Source: a virus
Taxonomy: Duplodnaviria > Caudoviricetes
DNA length: 55,246 nt
Reading direction: 5' to 3' (one strand)
Virus record (IMG/VR): IMGVR_UViG_3300037424_001305
Span: 1 to 55,246 of that record
The notes under the pieces were generated by a model. That model was not told the origin of the DNA. It was given only the letters and a program-made list of their open reading frames with translations, and searched no databases. Within the stretch, counting starts at the first letter, position 1. Each line of letters starts with the position of its first letter. A program made the translations under genes and the position numbers. Positions 36,401-44,863 of the stretch are shown here, piece by piece.

Positions 36401-36813
36401 CTGAAGCGATCCGGGCGGCGGCGCCCGAAGACGCCGACGTGGCTGCCGCGGGCCTGATGGATAGCAGCTACCAGGTCGTTCTGGATGGCGACCCGCTTGA
36501 GGATGCTATCCGGGGTAAGCCGGAGCTTCGCCATGTACAAGCCGCTGTACTGGTTGTTGGCTGCCGGGTCGATCTCGAAGGCGAGGCGCTCAATATTCTT
36601 GCCGCCACCATCAAGGATGTTGACCAAGCTCTTGCTCAGCGAGTTTTCGACGACCTGGCCGCCGGAGTCCAGGGGGTCCGTGAAGACCACGTCCATGCTG
36701 CGCGACTGCTGCTTCCTTCGGTCGTCAGAGGCCTTGGTCTTGACAACACCCTGGAGAGCCTTCTCTAGAAGAGAGGGCTCACGGGTCACCTGGCTTTTCT
36801 TCGGGGGCGCCAT
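33466..36813 (-). CDS. Portal protein with intein
   Basis: RDALTFG, FRPIDAGT, GYPLTPID, NKMYFQSG, DAEFQY, GLKPLIKQWEDFIN. Confidence 0.9.
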   Translation of the reverse strand: MAPPKKSQVTREPSLLEKALQGVVKTKASDDRRKQQSRSMDVVFTDPLDSGGQVVENSLSKSLVNILDGGGKNIERLAFEIDPAANNQYSGLYMAKLRLTPDSILKRVAIQNDLVAAIHQARGSHVGVFGRRRPDRFSFGFVVEPRPGVMDNATPEQQEDLQNRIDKMCDKLITCGETRGWGDNDRMSFTQYLYMSTRDALTFGRIATEIVQIQDQAGNSKPHSFRPIDAGTVYRAAPQKTAAQAVRDQARGLIEQIKNKKLIPERFEKDEYAWVQVVEGRPVQAFTAQECVVHNFYPVTNVELSGYPLTPIDTILSAVLTHINITTHNKMYFQSGRASRGMLVIQSDDIDETVVSRIRQQFNASINSVNNAWRMPVFGVGQDAQVTYQSIDQGQRDAEFQYLSDSNARTILSAYQMSPDELPGYSHLSRGTNSQALSECFDRGSCLWTDKGFSTATELLDGRKEVPVRVWTGREFAPARLFETGEKQLVETRAGGQCLKTSPDHRFRVLTEDGELVWRRQEQLALGDLLVVNALPVAGDKALIPDFEGRELTPELMEVLGWLTGDGTLVSARPGIHGGAMKLFYHQAKERDIWEEHNRVLCDFGFSVKHHERLVSEQEEQALKERYGFKSIASSRITNIVYNSKFNSFLAGLGFSHSSEGKTIPPVFNVLPLEYRRAFLRGLFSADGHATKTGAVVLTIQDDRTREQVRQMLLGLGIRTLGCEGIVRGENTLGGDIQKQLFIKDKNSFWGQIGFLQAHKQARRRDQKWSLGEVPAGLAAKLSNLVRASAAYSTWSKGVRDHLTAISSGKPKVSFNRLRRAMEDAGVPLPTWMTDYHLEPVTDLVVHQTRVPMVDVEVFDSQHAQILQGFQVHNSNNEYKLQAARDVGLKPLIKQWEDFINAHILPIIDPTLAKLVVIEFRGLDAETAEKESIRIQQDAPVHMTYDEILDKVEKDPIGKEWGGEFSLNPQFQQILDNHTGLTVGEIAAHFLGRKDLKDRPDLQYVRDPLWFQFQNLLLQQQQMQAQAQQPQQPPGGQDENGQPTSKTEDSDLTRSINQALGLLTKSEAQLPASKRRLLAQHRATVDNFIRGWEEDIAEATKAIIRVAKTKAPKGK
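34192..35496 (-). mobile_element. Intein (435 aa, LAGLIDADG) in portal
   Basis: LSE|CFDRG; SPDHRF; VLGWLTGDG and FLRGLFSADG; FQVHN|S. Confidence 0.9.
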
Positions 36814-36816
36814 CTT

Positions 36817-37800
36817 TTACTCCGCAGTGACCACGAGCAAATTGAGGTTCTGCTGGCTCCGATTCAGGACCGACAGACTCCAGACGGGACCCACCTTCTG
36901 GAAGGCCGCGACCTGCTCACGATTCCCAGCTTCCCAGGGTTCCAGACGATTCCTGGAGCTAGTATCCCCGTTGATGCGGACCACACACTCCTGATCGGCC
37001 TCCATGTACAGGAGGCGCTTGACGTCCGTGTAGATGCTGAGCCCGGCGACGCCCGGGACGATACCGCTTTCCTCGGCCAACGGGGACGTGGAGACGAACT
37101 CCACCCACTTGCTGGTGACGGCAACGAGGTTGTAGGTCTTCTGAGCCGTGGACGCAAAGCCGGCACTGACATCCATCTCATCGTCTTCCTGGACGCCGGC
37201 CGAGCTGTAGACCAAAAGGTCCCCGGAGGCCGCGGGCGTCACGGACTCGGAGGCACCATCGAAGTCGACCCCAGTAGGGCGGACAAGCTGCAAGACCGTC
37301 GAACTAGCCGCCAGGACCGACCAGAGGCCCTCGTTGGTGGCAGTAAAGGGGCCGGCCGCATCACCGGTACTAGTACCCGGAACGAAGACATGGTCACCGA
37401 CCTGAACCGCCGAGAACGGGGTCCCGGTGCCGGCGGTCACTTGGAGGACCCCGTTAACGGACGCGACCAGAGTCAGTTCGATGCCCGTGGTATCGACACC
37501 ACGGTCCACCCGAAACCCTGGGTCAGTACCCCCGCTGTAGGTCATCCGATATCGGCTCGGATTCAGGGGGCTGAGGGCGAGATCCAATTCCGTGGTCCCA
37601 TCCAAGTCCAGGGCCCGGCTCCCATCCAGGATGGTGACTTCTTGACCGGCGGGAATCGTATACCCCCGACTAAGGGGATTCGAGACCGCCAGGCCCTGCT
37701 GGTTACGGTTCCAATCCACGTACTTCAGGGCCGGATTGCTGCTATTCGCGGCATCTCCGAAGGCGAGGCAGAGGTTGTAAAGGTTCAGGGTCGCGTTCAT
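36817..37800 (-). CDS. Putative virion structural protein
   Basis: 327 aa, G/T/S/V-rich, between TerL and portal; ATG 7 nt after AATCT. Confidence 0.55.
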   Translation of the reverse strand: MNATLNLYNLCLAFGDAANSSNPALKYVDWNRNQQGLAVSNPLSRGYTIPAGQEVTILDGSRALDLDGTTELDLALSPLNPSRYRMTYSGGTDPGFRVDRGVDTTGIELTLVASVNGVLQVTAGTGTPFSAVQVGDHVFVPGTSTGDAAGPFTATNEGLWSVLAASSTVLQLVRPTGVDFDGASESVTPAASGDLLVYSSAGVQEDDEMDVSAGFASTAQKTYNLVAVTSKWVEFVSTSPLAEESGIVPGVAGLSIYTDVKRLLYMEADQECVVRINGDTSSRNRLEPWEAGNREQVAAFQKVGPVWSLSVLNRSQQNLNLLVVTAE

Positions 37801-37818
37801 GGCTTCAAGATTGCCTCA

Positions 37819-40800
37819 CTACAGGTCGAAGACGAAAGAGCCTTTCCGACCCTTCCTCTGGGGAGCTTCCTCCTGGGACTGCTCCAGGGGGTCCTGCTGC
37901 CCGCCCATGGCGTGTTCCAGCATCTGCTTAGCCCAGGTCTCGTTAAGGGTCCTGGCGCCCTGCTGCGCGGTCTCCACAGCCCTGGGGCCGGGAACCCGGA
38001 CAAGGTCGTCGTCACTGACGATCAACCCCTGAGTGCGAGCCTTAAAGGCGTTCATAATCGAATATCTGATGGCATCACATTCGTCATCCCCGATGATATC
38101 GCCATCATCCGTCCGAACCACCACCTCATCGGGCTCGTCCGTGGGCTTGCCGTCCTGTCCCAGAGCCCAGTGATATAGACTCAAGACCCGGAAGTTGGCT
38201 TCCACGTCAGGGCCCCCTGCAACCCAATAGAGCTGGGGGTCGCCACCCAGGGTGGGGTTCATCTTCCAGCGAACGGTCTCGATGCCGCCCAACACAGAGC
38301 CTGGACCCTTCTTCCAGGTCTGACACCGGTACCCGAACTTCTTCATGAATTTGATCATGTCGGGCTGCTCGGGGTCAGCGTAAATGGTGGGGTCAAACTC
38401 CTTGATGGTTCGGTCCAGGAGGTCGATCTTCTCCGCGGGGTCTAGCTCGCCCCGGTTCCAACGGCCCATCACGTAGGCGTTCTGGTCGTCCACGAAGATC
38501 AGGACCACGGAGAACATGTGCGTGAAGCCGAAGTCTACGCCGGCAATCCAGCGCCCCGAGCAGCCGCCTGGGTCGTTGCTCCTGGACCGGATGAGAGCCA
38601 GGAGGTCCTGGAAGCCGAAGCTATCCTGGTACTCCTCGCCGGTGATCTTCCTGGCTACCTGGGCCGGCGTCAGCAGGTGCCGGCTCCGGTCCAGCATCGG
38701 GTAGATGAGGCCCTCCTGGCTGGCCTTCCAGCACATCAGCTGGGCCTTAGCCATGTCGAGGACCAGCTCTCTGGCCTTCTTGGTCGTAAAAGCGATGGTC
38801 TTCAAGAGAGGGCGCGGCTGTTCGATGTACCTCCCCTTCTCATCCCTGGGGTGCTCCTTCTGCCTGGTGGCCAGGTTGCCCCGACAAAGGGAGAAGACCT
38901 TGCAATTCTTCAGACAACCGGTATAACCCTCTTCCTTGACGTAGTGCTGCTGCTCGTCAGGCATCAGCTGTTGATACTGCTCCTCACCGATAGCCAGGAG
39001 CCTTCCCCGGCTCATATAGATGGGGATCTTAGGCTCGTCCGGGAGGTGTCTCTTGGGCGGGCACGTCTCCGTGACATCAATGATGTTCCAGTGCCTGGAC
39101 AGAAGGCCGGTCTTGTCGGCGCTGTCCAGTTCACGTTGCACGTTGCCGAAGGCGAACTTCCGGGTGCTGATGAGCAGGGTGACGGGCTGCTTGTCTTCGA
39201 ACTGGGCAGGAATCGCCTTCGCCTCTTCATAGGCAGCCTGATTCTGCTTGGGAACGACGTCTACTTCGTCCACGACGAAGAAGCTGACGTGGTCAGAATT
39301 GTGCAACAAAACCAAGGAGTTAGCGATGAAGTTCCTCAACTCTTCTTTGTCCGTATCGATAGACACATCGACGAAGGTACGCTCGCCGAGAAACTCAATC
39401 GACTCAAGTTCATTGGAAAACGAAGAGGAAAATTTCTTCTGCCCCTTGCGGTAAGCTCGATCTGCGCTTCTATAGGGATGCAGCGGGCATCGAGTAAAGC
39501 CATTCCCCTTGATGAGCTTTGAGTCCGCACCGCACTCAATGCACCGCCCCATCGTGTATCCACTTGGCGCAACAAGTTTGTACCGCATGGACGCCGCCAC
39601 GAACTTCTGAATCATCCCCGTCAATTTCCGTGATGCTTCGAGTGTGAAACGGATGATCGGGTAAATCACACCGGTCGAATTCGTGACCGTCCCAACGCTT
39701 GCATCCAACCCCCACCGGTCCTTGAACCATTCGACAATCAGCTCGTTCTCCCTCAAAGAAAATCCACAAGTGGCCAACCCGTAAGTTTGATCCTTTCTGG
39801 CACCGACATCCAATCCATTCCCTTGGCCATCGTCCATGAACCAGTAGGCGACGGCTTCTTCGTTTAGAGTGTTCAGATAGTCTCTGGTGACAGTCTTTTT
39901 GCCATCGACCATAAGCTGGTCGTAAATCTCGGCTAGCCTGGGCTCGACCTTCGTCTGATAGATCGTAAACTCAGACTTCTCGATCCGCTCATGACGTGGA
40001 TTTTCAACAATGGCAGAGAAATCGATCCCGAGTTTCTTCAGGGCTGTGGACTTCTGACCCAAGTACTCATATTGGGCCTTGGAATGACCAAAACGCAGAC
40101 GCGGACCACAGCCATATCGTCCGTTTTTCCCGGATGGCCAGGTGAGGCTCGCGTCGCCAAGGAGAGAACCACGAATGACCATCCAGGGATCGACAATGGG
40201 GAGGCAAGACGGCACAAGCTCCGTTGATTCAACGGCCTCCACAGCCTTGGCGCCAGGGTAGCTTGGGTTGAAGAACCTATAGTACTTTTTCAGGGCCCAG
40301 GCCCTCACCCAGCCCTTCGTAGTCATGACAGGGTGGTCGTCTGAAACTACCACACTACCGCCACCTTTGAAGGCAAGCCTGACCCCCTGCTTGCTGACAA
40401 ACCCAATACCAGCAACACAGGTTACTTCCCACTGCCTGGTCTTCAGGTTAAAAGACTTGATCCCATCTCCTTTTTTGAGATCGATAGCCTGAGCAGTAGT
40501 CCCGTCCCCTCTGGTCACGAGCGTAGTCGGAGAAACACAGTTGGCCCCTTGGAGGGTGCAGATGACGATCTTGATGTAGTGCTCGTGCTCATCGTACTTG
40601 AGCTGCTCGCCAGGCGGTAGGGCCTGAAATTGGGCCTTGCTGATGTAGTCGCCGGTGGACTCGTTACTGTACCAGACCAGGTCCGTCTGCTCGGTGTTCT
40701 TCGTGGTCACGAAGTCCCGAAGGTAGGGCAACCGGAAAAAGCGCTTCACGTAGGACTGGGCCTTCTTAGCCTGGGACTTCACAGCCGCCATGTGGGCGAC

Positions 40801-41091
40801 GTCGCGCCTCAGATGGAAGATAGCGAGGACTTCCAGGATGGCGGCGCCAAGGGTCTTGAAACTGTCCCGGGCCGCGTAGGCCATGACACGAGAGAAGTCG
40901 GGGTCGTCGTTTCTCCGAGCCTGGTTATAGACCTCCCAGATGAGGTCCATGGGACTGCTGTTCGATTCCGGATCGACGACGGTGTCCGGGAGATTGAGCC
41001 CCAGGTAGACGCAGATCCACCGATGCAGGTCCTCCTTCGTGTCACAGGGGACAAAAAGGGCTCGGCGAAGGAGGTCTTCCTCGGGCTTCAT
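37819..41091 (-). CDS. terL: Terminase large subunit with intein
   Basis: AARDSFKT Walker-A-like, FFVVDEVD Walker B, GVDFG and DECDAIRY nuclease motifs. Confidence 0.9.
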   Translation of the reverse strand: MKPEEDLLRRALFVPCDTKEDLHRWICVYLGLNLPDTVVDPESNSSPMDLIWEVYNQARRNDDPDFSRVMAYAARDSFKTLGAAILEVLAIFHLRRDVAHMAAVKSQAKKAQSYVKRFFRLPYLRDFVTTKNTEQTDLVWYSNESTGDYISKAQFQALPPGEQLKYDEHEHYIKIVICTLQGANCVSPTTLVTRGDGTTAQAIDLKKGDGIKSFNLKTRQWEVTCVAGIGFVSKQGVRLAFKGGGSVVVSDDHPVMTTKGWVRAWALKKYYRFFNPSYPGAKAVEAVESTELVPSCLPIVDPWMVIRGSLLGDASLTWPSGKNGRYGCGPRLRFGHSKAQYEYLGQKSTALKKLGIDFSAIVENPRHERIEKSEFTIYQTKVEPRLAEIYDQLMVDGKKTVTRDYLNTLNEEAVAYWFMDDGQGNGLDVGARKDQTYGLATCGFSLRENELIVEWFKDRWGLDASVGTVTNSTGVIYPIIRFTLEASRKLTGMIQKFVAASMRYKLVAPSGYTMGRCIECGADSKLIKGNGFTRCPLHPYRSADRAYRKGQKKFSSSFSNELESIEFLGERTFVDVSIDTDKEELRNFIANSLVLLHNSDHVSFFVVDEVDVVPKQNQAAYEEAKAIPAQFEDKQPVTLLISTRKFAFGNVQRELDSADKTGLLSRHWNIIDVTETCPPKRHLPDEPKIPIYMSRGRLLAIGEEQYQQLMPDEQQHYVKEEGYTGCLKNCKVFSLCRGNLATRQKEHPRDEKGRYIEQPRPLLKTIAFTTKKARELVLDMAKAQLMCWKASQEGLIYPMLDRSRHLLTPAQVARKITGEEYQDSFGFQDLLALIRSRSNDPGGCSGRWIAGVDFGFTHMFSVVLIFVDDQNAYVMGRWNRGELDPAEKIDLLDRTIKEFDPTIYADPEQPDMIKFMKKFGYRCQTWKKGPGSVLGGIETVRWKMNPTLGGDPQLYWVAGGPDVEANFRVLSLYHWALGQDGKPTDEPDEVVVRTDDGDIIGDDECDAIRYSIMNAFKARTQGLIVSDDDLVRVPGPRAVETAQQGARTLNETWAKQMLEHAMGGQQDPLEQSQEEAPQRKGRKGSFVFDL
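39298..40539 (-). mobile_element. Intein (414 aa, LAGLIDADG) in TerL just before Walker B
   Basis: GAN|CVSPTT; SDDHPV; GSLLGDA and YWFMDDG; VLLHN|S. Confidence 0.9.
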
Positions 41092-41777
41092 TACCTACCC
41101 CCACGATTCCTGTGGATGACAGCCAGTGCCGAGGCCGCGGCAGTGGCCGACAGGGGCTTGTTCCGCTCCAGGGTGGGGAGGACCTCGCCCTCGATCTCGT
41201 CACCGGCATCACTGTCGGCGACCTCCACGCGGTGGTTGTGCTGAATGGTCGCTGCCTCCTTACAGGTCAACTGCTTCAGGAGACCAACCAGGGTGCGGAG
41301 ATGGTGCGCGGAACCTACGGTCTCCGGAAGCCCAGACTCGTCACCAGTCCGCAGGTAACCCAGGAGCTTGTCGTTCGCCACCTTGTTGGCGACCGCGATC
41401 TCGTTGGCAACCCGCTCCACAGACTCCATGGTCACCTGCTCCAGACGGTCCTGGACTTTCTTGTAGAGGTTCAACCGATACTCTTCCCGAAGCAGGTCCC
41501 AGTTGTTCTCGATGCGGGCCCTGACGACGGCGCCGAGGCTGAAGCTGTTCGGGAACTGGCGGACCATCTCTCCACAGCTGACGCCCTGGAGGAACAGGTC
41601 GTAGTACCGGGCTTGCGTACTGGGCGCCATGGGGGGCTGACCCAGGCCTGCGTAGGCTCGGTAGGCATTCAGCTCCCGGTCGGTGAGCTGAGACAGAGCC
41701 AGTTCACTCGGTGTCGATTCGATAGCCGCCACAGTACGTCTTCTTCCCAGCTTGGATGCCGATGACCCACTCTCCAC
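41091..41777 (-). CDS. Putative terminase small subunit
   Basis: Overlaps the TerL start; HTH-like N-region followed by helices (positional inference). Confidence 0.5.
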   Translation of the reverse strand: MESGSSASKLGRRRTVAAIESTPSELALSQLTDRELNAYRAYAGLGQPPMAPSTQARYYDLFLQGVSCGEMVRQFPNSFSLGAVVRARIENNWDLLREEYRLNLYKKVQDRLEQVTMESVERVANEIAVANKVANDKLLGYLRTGDESGLPETVGSAHHLRTLVGLLKQLTCKEAATIQHNHRVEVADSDAGDEIEGEVLPTLERNKPLSATAAASALAVIHRNRGGR

Positions 41778-42066
41778 CCAGAAGTTCGTGAACCCAGGAC
41801 TGGAGGATCTCCACGCCCTGCTCCCAGTACTTCCGTGGTTTCCGGAGCTTAGGAGGAAGATTAAGGGTGAAGCCGAGGGTCTTTCCCTCGGGATCCCAGG
41901 TAAAGCTGGAGCCGGTGGCTTCCGGGAAGATGAGCCTGGGCCAGATCTTCAGCTGTAGGACCTGGGCCTCGTGGAGACCGCCGGTCATCTGGGTCTGGAA
42001 CTTGAGGAGCTTGAGCTGCTCCAGCTGAGACAGCGAGGCGACGTCACTGCTGTCCACTGGGCTCAT
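41704..42066 (-). CDS. Hypothetical protein
   Basis: ORF. Confidence 0.55.
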   Translation of the reverse strand: MSPVDSSDVASLSQLEQLKLLKFQTQMTGGLHEAQVLQLKIWPRLIFPEATGSSFTWDPEGKTLGFTLNLPPKLRKPRKYWEQGVEILQSWVHELLGGEWVIGIQAGKKTYCGGYRIDTE

Positions 42067-42346
42067 CCTTCGTCACGGAGCCGTCCTCGTCGATCCTGTA
42101 AACACCCCTGGCGATAGCCCGCTTGGCGTAGTCGCTCATGTCCTGGGGCGAGAGCCGCAGCTCCTGAAGGTCGACGCCGCAGGCGAGGTCATCGAGGGTC
42201 ACCAGAAGAAAACCCGCCCATAGCTCTTCGACCATCTCCTGGGTGAGCCCGTTGAGGAGCGGAAACTTCACGACCGCCAGACACTCACCGGGCTTGAGGT
42301 TCTGGTCCGCACTGATGGGGATGGATTCCGGCGATTCTCTCATCAC
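42044..42346 (-). CDS. Hypothetical protein
   Basis: ORF coupled to sbcD. Confidence 0.55.
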   Translation of the reverse strand: MMRESPESIPISADQNLKPGECLAVVKFPLLNGLTQEMVEELWAGFLLVTLDDLACGVDLQELRLSPQDMSDYAKRAIARGVYRIDEDGSVTKDEPSGQQ

Positions 42347-43368
42347 AGCCTCTTTCCCACGAGCCCCTGAAGCACGTCGGCGGGGGTGCCGAGCGGGGCC
42401 ACGAAGACCTTCTGATACTCCCTGAATGCGACGTCGATGCCCTGGCTCTCACGAACCCGGCCGACAGTGCTCACCTGGTCGGGCAGGGTGCGGACTCGGG
42501 CGCCGGCTGCCTGAAGCTCAACCTTCCGGCGATTGCACCAGTCCAGGGGCCCCCGGACGGTGACATGCCACTGATGGCGGGCCTCCAGAGGCAGCTCCAC
42601 GGGCTTGTCTGGGGTGTCTTCCAGGGCCCGGATCTGCCGACACACGGCCCCGGTGTCGAATGGGATCCGATTCTTCACCACCGTCTCCCCAGGCTCCCCA
42701 GGCTCCACGCCCAGCTCCACGCCCAGCTCCAAGAGCCAGACACTCCGCTCCACGTTGGCGTCGGAGAGAGTCCGCCACCGCGGAGCCCCGATATACCAGA
42801 CCTTGCCCCACTCCTGGGGAGTATGGATATGGCCGCTGATGACCAGGCGCTGTGGAATCCGGTCCACAGAGAACCCATCCTTAGCAAGGAACCCGTTCTC
42901 GTAGGTGCTGCCGTTAAAAGTCTGGTGGCAGAACACGGTGGAGGCCTCAGGGTACGCCTGACAGGCAGCCTGAAAGCTGCTCTCCTCGTGGTAGTAGGGC
43001 AGCAGAAGAACGCCGCGGTGTAGGGTCGGCTTGTCCGCCACGAGGACACCCTGCATGTCCCGGTAGATGATCATGGCGTTCAGGTCGGAGCCCGGAAACT
43101 CCTGGTCGTGGTTGCCGGGAATGAAGACAAGGCGAATGCCTTGATCCCGGAAGGCTTTGATTGTGGCCATCCACCAGTTGATGACCTCAAGACGAACCAC
43201 GTTGTTGGTGTGGTGCTGATCGCCCGAGAACCAGACCTCAAAGACCTCTTCGCTGCGGCAGATGCCCAGGATGCGGTCGATGAGAGCTGAACAGTCCTTC
43301 AGCTCCTCGGGGACCGGGTGAAGGTCCCCCACCAGAAGAATCTTGTTGTTGTCGGGCCGGCTCAGCAT
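42343..43368 (-). CDS. sbcD: SbcD/Mre11-like metallophosphoesterase nuclease
   Basis: GDLH, GDQHH, GNHD, FCHQ, SGHIH. Confidence 0.85.
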   Translation of the reverse strand: MLSRPDNNKILLVGDLHPVPEELKDCSALIDRILGICRSEEVFEVWFSGDQHHTNNVVRLEVINWWMATIKAFRDQGIRLVFIPGNHDQEFPGSDLNAMIIYRDMQGVLVADKPTLHRGVLLLPYYHEESSFQAACQAYPEASTVFCHQTFNGSTYENGFLAKDGFSVDRIPQRLVISGHIHTPQEWGKVWYIGAPRWRTLSDANVERSVWLLELGVELGVEPGEPGETVVKNRIPFDTGAVCRQIRALEDTPDKPVELPLEARHQWHVTVRGPLDWCNRRKVELQAAGARVRTLPDQVSTVGRVRESQGIDVAFREYQKVFVAPLGTPADVLQGLVGKRL

Positions 43369-43370
43369 AC

Positions 43371-43730
43371 TCAGGCCCCCGGGGGCGTCGCCTGGCTGTC
43401 GGCGCTTTCGGCCTGGGTGTCGACGAGAACAACCTCTTCCTCGGGGACGAGAATGAAGGGCTGGCCGCCGGCCTCGAAGACCTCCTTGCCAATGAGGCTA
43501 CTGTCACGGAGCTTGGTGCGGACATAGACCGTCCAACCGGGGGCAAATTCCCCGCTCTGGAACACGACCTTGAGGGGCACCAAAACAGACTGGTTCATGG
43601 GCTGAACCACTCCCTTGACAACCCTCGCCTGCTGCCCGGCGGCGGGGAAAGGCTCAGCGGCCACCTTCTTGTTCGGAACCAGGAACCGAGGCCGAGGAAC
43701 CTCGGGGGAAAGCATGTACCGGTAGGTCAT
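43371..43730 (-). CDS. Divergent GroES-like co-chaperonin (candidate)
   Basis: P..KV, mobile-loop-like KGVVQP, PGWTVYV, GQPFILVPEEEVVLV resemble the Cpn10 pattern. Confidence 0.5.
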   Translation of the reverse strand: MTYRYMLSPEVPRPRFLVPNKKVAAEPFPAAGQQARVVKGVVQPMNQSVLVPLKVVFQSGEFAPGWTVYVRTKLRDSSLIGKEVFEAGGQPFILVPEEEVVLVDTQAESADSQATPPGA

Positions 43731-43792
43731 TGACGTTCTTCCTCCACTACTATATAACGCTAAGTCCCTCGGTGAAGGGCGGCTTCGACTAT

Positions 43793-44830
43793 TTAAAGAG
43801 CAACACCCTTCAGGCGCAACAGCTTCCGGTCCACGAGAGGCAGCTGGACCACCGCCGAGGCCAAGCTATCCATAGCCTCCCGGTGTTCAAACTGAACGTC
43901 AGGCTGGCTGTCCTCCCTGGCCTGGAAGCTGTCCAGGACGGTGACCTCCTGGCGCTCCTCCTCCGTCCCCAGGGGGACATCGGCACTGACCGTGGAGGCT
44001 GCCGCCAAGAGACTGGCGATCTCTGTGGGCGTGGTTCTATGGGCTGCTTCTGCGTCTCTATTAACGGCAAAGGCAATACGCTCGTAGTCGCCCCCGTACC
44101 TGGCGACAGCCTTATTGGCCCGATAAATCTTCCGCTTGTCCCCGGGGAAGAAGTGAACCAGGGTGTCACTGTAGGACTCGATCAAGTTCCCCAGCATGCG
44201 ACCGATGAGCACGGCCCGGAAAGCCGGCGTATACGGGAGCACGAATTTGTCGACCCCGGACATCAGGCCCTCGGCGGTGATCTGAACCAGGTCCATGTAG
44301 CTCAACTGCGCCTTGGGGGTCCTGGACCAGAAGATACGGGCCCGACTGATAGCCAGGGGCAGATTCATCTCCACCAGCTCGGTACGGGCCTGGTGGATCT
44401 GCTTCGCCAGGAAGACGATGCGGGACCCGATGCGATTACCGGTCCAGTTTCTGGCGCCGAGCACGAACCGAATAAAGTTGAAGTTGAAATGAAACCGGAA
44501 CAGCCCCTTCTCGGCACGGCGCTTCAAAACCCGAGAGATTTTCGACGTAAAGACCGACTGCCGCTCTCGAAAGTAGGGTCTCGCGGACAAGATGTTCTTC
44601 TTCCCGTCACAAATCATCTTGATGAAGTCCCGGTAGACGCTCGGCCCCCAGGGGTGTCTGATGAGGGTACGCCGGAATTCCTTCTCCAAGGCAACCAGGT
44701 TCTCGACCTGCTGGCGCTGGCGGACCAGGAGCTGATCCTGGGGGATGTCCCCATAGGCCGCGATGGCCTTCTCCAGGTTCTGGGCGAAGACCCGGAAGTG
44801 CTGATGGTCATCGATGGGTCTACGGGACAT
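43793..44830 (-). CDS. Phage RNA polymerase sigma factor (sigma70 family)
   Basis: Region 2: ARTELVEMNLPLAISRA...YMDLVQITAEGLMSGVDKF. Confidence 0.8.
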   Translation of the reverse strand: MSRRPIDDHQHFRVFAQNLEKAIAAYGDIPQDQLLVRQRQQVENLVALEKEFRRTLIRHPWGPSVYRDFIKMICDGKKNILSARPYFRERQSVFTSKISRVLKRRAEKGLFRFHFNFNFIRFVLGARNWTGNRIGSRIVFLAKQIHQARTELVEMNLPLAISRARIFWSRTPKAQLSYMDLVQITAEGLMSGVDKFVLPYTPAFRAVLIGRMLGNLIESYSDTLVHFFPGDKRKIYRANKAVARYGGDYERIAFAVNRDAEAAHRTTPTEIASLLAAASTVSADVPLGTEEERQEVTVLDSFQAREDSQPDVQFEHREAMDSLASAVVQLPLVDRKLLRLKGVAL

Positions 44831-44863
44831 GTGCAGCCTCGGAGTCGTAAGTCATCACGGTTG

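Noticed and set aside
42685-42735. Short in-frame duplications in sbcD (ELGVELGV, EPGEPGE)
   Set aside because: Slippage-type microduplications in a probable loop; no evidence of function.
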